DNA from: Candidatus Hermodarchaeota archaeon
GTDB lineage: Archaea; Asgardarchaeota; Thorarchaeia; Thorarchaeales; Thorarchaeaceae
NCBI GenBank assembly: GCA_048885865.1
Contig: JBHLLF010000024.1
Coordinates: forward strand, 1-41,457
Length of the DNA: 41,457 bases
Direction: 5' to 3'
Part shown: positions 37,628 to 41,457 of the stretch, piece by piece
Layout: every line of letters begins with the position of its first letter
How positions within the stretch are numbered: position 1 is the first letter of the stretch
Notes under the pieces: generated by a model
Told to the model about the DNA's origin: nothing
Databases searched by the model: none
What the model saw: the letters and a program-made list of their open reading frames with translations, nothing else
Position numbers and translations under genes: made by a program

Positions 37628-37861
37628 TCACATCGGCGCCGAAATTAGCTCATAGACCGCCATCCGCTTGTCCGTTCCATGTTCATGCTCCTGGATAAGA
37701 CCTAGGTCCTTCAATCGACTTAGGCCATAGTTCACTGTCCTGGGAGGCAAGAAGGTGTTGCTGATCAGGTCTTGCCGGGACATCCGGCGCCTGTTCTTAA
37801 GCAGCACGTACAAGAACTTCGCAGACGGAGGTAGAGCTAAGAATGAGCGCTGTGCAAACAC
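37628..37861 (-). CDS. Small MarR-like HTH protein
   Basis: LPPSAKFLY...LPPRTVNYGLSRLKDLGLI...DKRMAVYEL. Confidence 0.75.
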   Translation of the reverse strand: MFAQRSFLALPPSAKFLYVLLKNRRRMSRQDLISNTFLPPRTVNYGLSRLKDLGLIQEHEHGTDKRMAVYELISAPM

Positions 37862-38010
37862 GATCCCACCTGAAAGTAGTCACCATGTTCTATCATACCT
37901 CCTGATTGTGCTGAGTTTCTCCTGTGACTTTGACAAATAAGGATTCGTATTCCATCATCTTCCGGGGAACCTCCACAGTTCTTATCTACAAGAGAGAAGA
38001 GATATATCTC

Positions 38011-38679
38011 ATGTATTCGTTTGAGAGCATCGAGATCACAGGATACGATGGAAAGCAGATACCAAACACCTATCTCAAACTCAAAGGATTTAGTGATAAA
38101 ACTGCTTTAGTCCTCCCTGGAAGAGGCTATACGTCGCAAGGCCCACTACTTCACTACACAATTAACCTGTTGCTTGAGAATCGAGTTAGTGTGCTCAGTG
38201 TTGACTATGCCTATTGGAATAATCAGGATTTTAATAGTCTAGAATGGGAGGACAAGCAAAGGTGGCTCTACGCTGATGTTGAGGAAGCTTACAAGGCTGC
38301 TGTAGATCAGATAGATGCTGAAGTCAGAGTTCTTGTTGGGAAGTCCCTTGGTACTCTTGCTATTGGTCACCTCCTAGATACATTCTCTGAAACTAGAAAA
38401 TGCAGAGTGATATGGCATACTCCACTCATCAAGATGCCACATCTTGTGACGCAGATTACTAGGCACCATCCGCATTCTATATTCATCATTGGCACATCCG
38501 ACCCCCATTATGATAAGGAGATCCTCGAACAGCTAAAGAGTGCAACAGGCGGAAGTCTAGTTGTTGTCGATAATGCAAATCATAGTATGGAGGTGCCAGG
38601 AGGCGTTATAGATTCTCTAGATGTGATGAATGAGATTATCGAAGGTGTCCGACAATTCATGTGGCCAGTTGACAAGTAG
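38011..38679 (+). CDS. Alpha/beta hydrolase
   Basis: LPGRGY, GKSLG elbow, GTSD and NANHS motifs; ATG 38011. Confidence 0.85.
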   Translation: MYSFESIEITGYDGKQIPNTYLKLKGFSDKTALVLPGRGYTSQGPLLHYTINLLLENRVSVLSVDYAYWNNQDFNSLEWEDKQRWLYADVEEAYKAAVDQIDAEVRVLVGKSLGTLAIGHLLDTFSETRKCRVIWHTPLIKMPHLVTQITRHHPHSIFIIGTSDPHYDKEILEQLKSATGGSLVVVDNANHSMEVPGGVIDSLDVMNEIIEGVRQFMWPVDK

Positions 38680-38686
38680 AGCAATC

Positions 38687-40024
38687 CTAGATCTTCCTCA
38701 AGACCAAAATCCATTCTCCAGCCATGCGCTCCTTTCGCGGAATCTTGATGAAATGGCGGATTACACCTGAAAAGAACGTCTTCTCAATCATAAATCCCAC
38801 ATCATCAGAAGTTGCAATCTCCTCCAGTATCCTGTGCGACTCAACTAAATTGCCTCGGATAACGTTATTGCCAATAGCCACACAGTAGTAACCCCCAGGA
38901 TGAAGGACACGGAAGGTCTCTTTGAGCTGTCCTTTCATATCCTCAAAGAACTTGAAGACAATGAAGGACCGACGCGGGTCCCTATCAAAGATTCTCTCAA
39001 GAAGTGGGTCCAGTGATTCGAATCCTGAAACCCTTAGTCGCGCATATTCATCCTTGTAGACAGTTTCAGTACCGATATACTTCCGTTTCATATTCGAGAG
39101 TGGCCCATCCTCCACAAGATCCAGCCAATACATCTCAAGTTGGTGAGTGCGAGGATAATCAACTGCGTTAATGTAGGGCGGCGAGGTCACAGCCAAATCA
39201 ATAGAATCATCTTCAAGGCCAGTCTGTGTGGCTATGCCATCAGGAATCTGTACATCGCCAACATTCATAGACTTGCACACATCTGAGAAATCATGCATGG
39301 CACGGACTTGCTTTGAAAGCACATTGGCAAACCTTGTAATGACCTCACCTGGCGATATCTTCTTTTCCAAATTCTTTCTGATGACAGTTCGAGTGCAGTG
39401 AGGATCAGCATTTGACACATCACGAATTATGGATGAAAAAACAACTCTCATGAAATCCCGAAGGTTGCTCCCCTTGGATAACTTCAGATCACTAATTGAT
39501 TCACGAATGATGGCAAGTTCTCGCAGCACGAAGTCTTTGAACCATGTATCCCTGTAATTGAATTGGGGAATGGATGGAATGAAATAACCTGATGTATTCC
39601 TCTGATGGACTAGTTGCATCAGGTTATTTGCAGCAGAGTGCAGAATATCATGTTCAATTGGAGTTGTCTTTACTTTTGTTATGAGACGCGCCATGGGATC
39701 AATATCAATACCAACTCCGGTTCTGTCAGACAGCATAGCCTCCAAAATAACGGTCCCGCTGCCACACATTGGATCAAGCACGATCTGACCTGGCTCCGAA
39801 TATCGCTTAATCAGATATCTCGGAAGTTCGGGAAAGAATTTCGCTGGAAATTTGTGAATACCATGCGTCAGAAAGGTTTGGTCTTGGCTGATAATCAGAA
39901 TCCTAGCGTCATTTGGAATTGAGAAATCAGGATCGATGTCACCCTCAATCTCCAACACGCCATCGTGGTCAGCTGTAATGTTTTGTGGTTGTGATTGGCT
40001 TGAAGGCGTATCCATTCGTTTCAT
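38687..40024 (-). CDS. DNA amino-methyltransferase, alpha-order, SPPY (m4C type)
   Basis: THGIHKFPAKF, then DPMCGSGT (motif I) preceding VTSPPY (motif IV). Confidence 0.85.
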   Translation of the reverse strand: MKRMDTPSSQSQPQNITADHDGVLEIEGDIDPDFSIPNDARILIISQDQTFLTHGIHKFPAKFFPELPRYLIKRYSEPGQIVLDPMCGSGTVILEAMLSDRTGVGIDIDPMARLITKVKTTPIEHDILHSAANNLMQLVHQRNTSGYFIPSIPQFNYRDTWFKDFVLRELAIIRESISDLKLSKGSNLRDFMRVVFSSIIRDVSNADPHCTRTVIRKNLEKKISPGEVITRFANVLSKQVRAMHDFSDVCKSMNVGDVQIPDGIATQTGLEDDSIDLAVTSPPYINAVDYPRTHQLEMYWLDLVEDGPLSNMKRKYIGTETVYKDEYARLRVSGFESLDPLLERIFDRDPRRSFIVFKFFEDMKGQLKETFRVLHPGGYYCVAIGNNVIRGNLVESHRILEEIATSDDVGFMIEKTFFSGVIRHFIKIPRKERMAGEWILVLRKI

Positions 40025-40105
40025 TTCCCAGCTATCTATAGGTCACACTACAGTAAACCTAGAATCAAATGATAAGGTTGCCGCTGCCAGCGCAATTTTG
40101 GCGGA

Positions 40106-41455
40106 TTAGCTCTCCTCGGTAATTGCCTTATCAAGTCGCTCTACAGCATCATCGATATTTTCCTTGGTAATCACATAACTAGGTGTGATCCGTATGACGT
40201 TTTGTCCACAGCCCAACACCCATAGCTTCTGTTTCTGGACCAAGTTCTTGAGAAGCTTATCACGGAGTTTGGGGGCCTTCTCCTTTGACTTCTTGTCCTT
40301 CACAAACTCAATTCCAGCCATAAGCCCAATTCCGCGGGCATCGCCAGCAACCTCATGTTTATCAACAAGCTCCTTGAGCTGCTTCAAGAGGTATGCACCT
40401 TTCTCTGCGTTCTTCCTCAAATGGTCGCCGTCTTCTATATGCTTCAATATCCAGAGGGATAACAAGGACATCTTAGGCTCAGCAGAGAAAGTTTCAGAAT
40501 GTCTTGCACCGCTAGTGTACATTGGAACTGGACCAATGGATGCACCCATAGGATAGCCACCGCCTAGGGCCTTTGCCATGGAGATGAAATCAGGAACCAC
40601 TCCATGATTTTCTACTGCACACCACTTTCCTGTACGACCCATTCCAGCTTGGACCTCATCGGACATGAAATATGCGCCAAACTCCTTAGTGACCTCATAG
40701 ATGCCTTTGACAGCTTTGGCTGGCGGAACTATCAGCCCTCCTTCTCCCGCAATTGGCTCCATGACAGTTGCCGCAATATCATCACCTTCGACTTGGAGAG
40801 CATAGCGAAGAGCCTCTACACACTCAAGATTGCAGTCCTCTACATTTTGACCGTACGGACATCGGTAACAGTAGGGATAGAAAACTCGAATCACATCAAC
40901 TCCTTGCGGGAAACCCGACTTGTGTTTGGAGTTTGTTGAAGTCAGCGCGAGAGCGTACCCTGTTCGGCCATGAAAAGCTGGCCTGAAAGTGACAAATCTT
41001 CGCTTCCCGGAAATATCCATAGCCGATTTCATACATCCCTCCACAGCACGACTTCCGGATGTGGTGAATGCAACACGCTTTTTATGGTCCCCAGGTGTAA
41101 TCTTGGCTAGCTTCTCGGCAAGAAGCGTCTGAGGAATCGCATCAAAATCCATTCCAGGAAATTCATGCACAACATCTACTATGCGATTCTGGAAGTCTAG
41201 ATAGGGTTTATACCTTAGGCCAAAAGCACGGACAGCAACTCCTCCTGTTATATCCAGGTACTCTGTACCTTCAATATCATAGATTAATACGCCATCACCA
41301 ACAGTGTGATCAAGGCAGCCGTATACATCTCTGTCCTGAGTTGTGATAGCCAGAGCATCTGCGCCTCTCTGCTTCCAATAATCATTTGTCATTTTAGCTG
41401 AATCGATATCTTCGAAACCAAGTTCTTTGAGAATTCCAATATGCTTCTCATCCAT
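40106..41455 (-). CDS. Class III PLP aminotransferase (GABA/ornithine-AT-like)
   Basis: TSGSRAVE, AFHGRT, EPIAGEGG, DEVQAGMGRTG and MAKALGGG motifs. The start lies at the window edge, so it cannot be verified. Confidence 0.92.
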   Translation of the reverse strand: MDEKHIGILKELGFEDIDSAKMTNDYWKQRGADALAITTQDRDVYGCLDHTVGDGVLIYDIEGTEYLDITGGVAVRAFGLRYKPYLDFQNRIVDVVHEFPGMDFDAIPQTLLAEKLAKITPGDHKKRVAFTTSGSRAVEGCMKSAMDISGKRRFVTFRPAFHGRTGYALALTSTNSKHKSGFPQGVDVIRVFYPYCYRCPYGQNVEDCNLECVEALRYALQVEGDDIAATVMEPIAGEGGLIVPPAKAVKGIYEVTKEFGAYFMSDEVQAGMGRTGKWCAVENHGVVPDFISMAKALGGGYPMGASIGPVPMYTSGARHSETFSAEPKMSLLSLWILKHIEDGDHLRKNAEKGAYLLKQLKELVDKHEVAGDARGIGLMAGIEFVKDKKSKEKAPKLRDKLLKNLVQKQKLWVLGCGQNVIRITPSYVITKENIDDAVERLDKAITEES

Positions 41456-41457
41456 CG

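Noticed and set aside
193-40986. Numerous 60-175 aa ORFs overlapping assigned genes (for example 23674-24201, 27012-27494, 18719-19225)
   Set aside because: They are antisense or off-frame to well-supported genes and have no recognisable motifs.
1-41457. CRISPR arrays, rRNA, IS elements, tandem repeats
   Set aside because: None seen on reading either strand.

Overview
A gene-dense archaeal chromosome segment. It carries TFB, DGGGP synthase, MfnA, archaeal-type AspRS and ArgRS, and an intron-less tRNA-His. ESCRT genes and two longin-domain proteins point to an Asgard archaeon; Thorarchaeia is my best guess, by inference only. Most of the window is metabolism and housekeeping: an acyl-CoA degradation operon with a stand-alone SCP2, an LLM oxidoreductase, hydrolases, hypB with ECF S-components, nfo, tldD/pmbA, an orphan m4C methylase and a class III aminotransferase. 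The standout is a five-gene ESCRT locus at 30572-35653 with apparently reshuffled domains. It has an ESCRT-III (Vps2/24/46 class), Vps4 and Vps25. It also has (i) an in-frame fusion of a Vps28-N-terminal-like ESCRT-I hairpin to Vps22/36 winged helices, and (ii) a 523-aa protein joining a multi-zinc finger, a helical stalk, a GLUE/GRAM-like PH domain and a Vps23-like steadiness box. No ubiquitin, UEV or Vps20/32-class gene is in the window, which suggests a covalently rewired, possibly ubiquitin-independent ESCRT-I/II. Secondary points are an NPRL2/3 (GATOR1)-like longin-wH-wH protein, a 13-bp direct repeat bracketing one gene at the tRNA-His 3' end, and a regulator-ECF-S-hypB operon. All domain calls are by eye against remembered family motifs; no searches were run.
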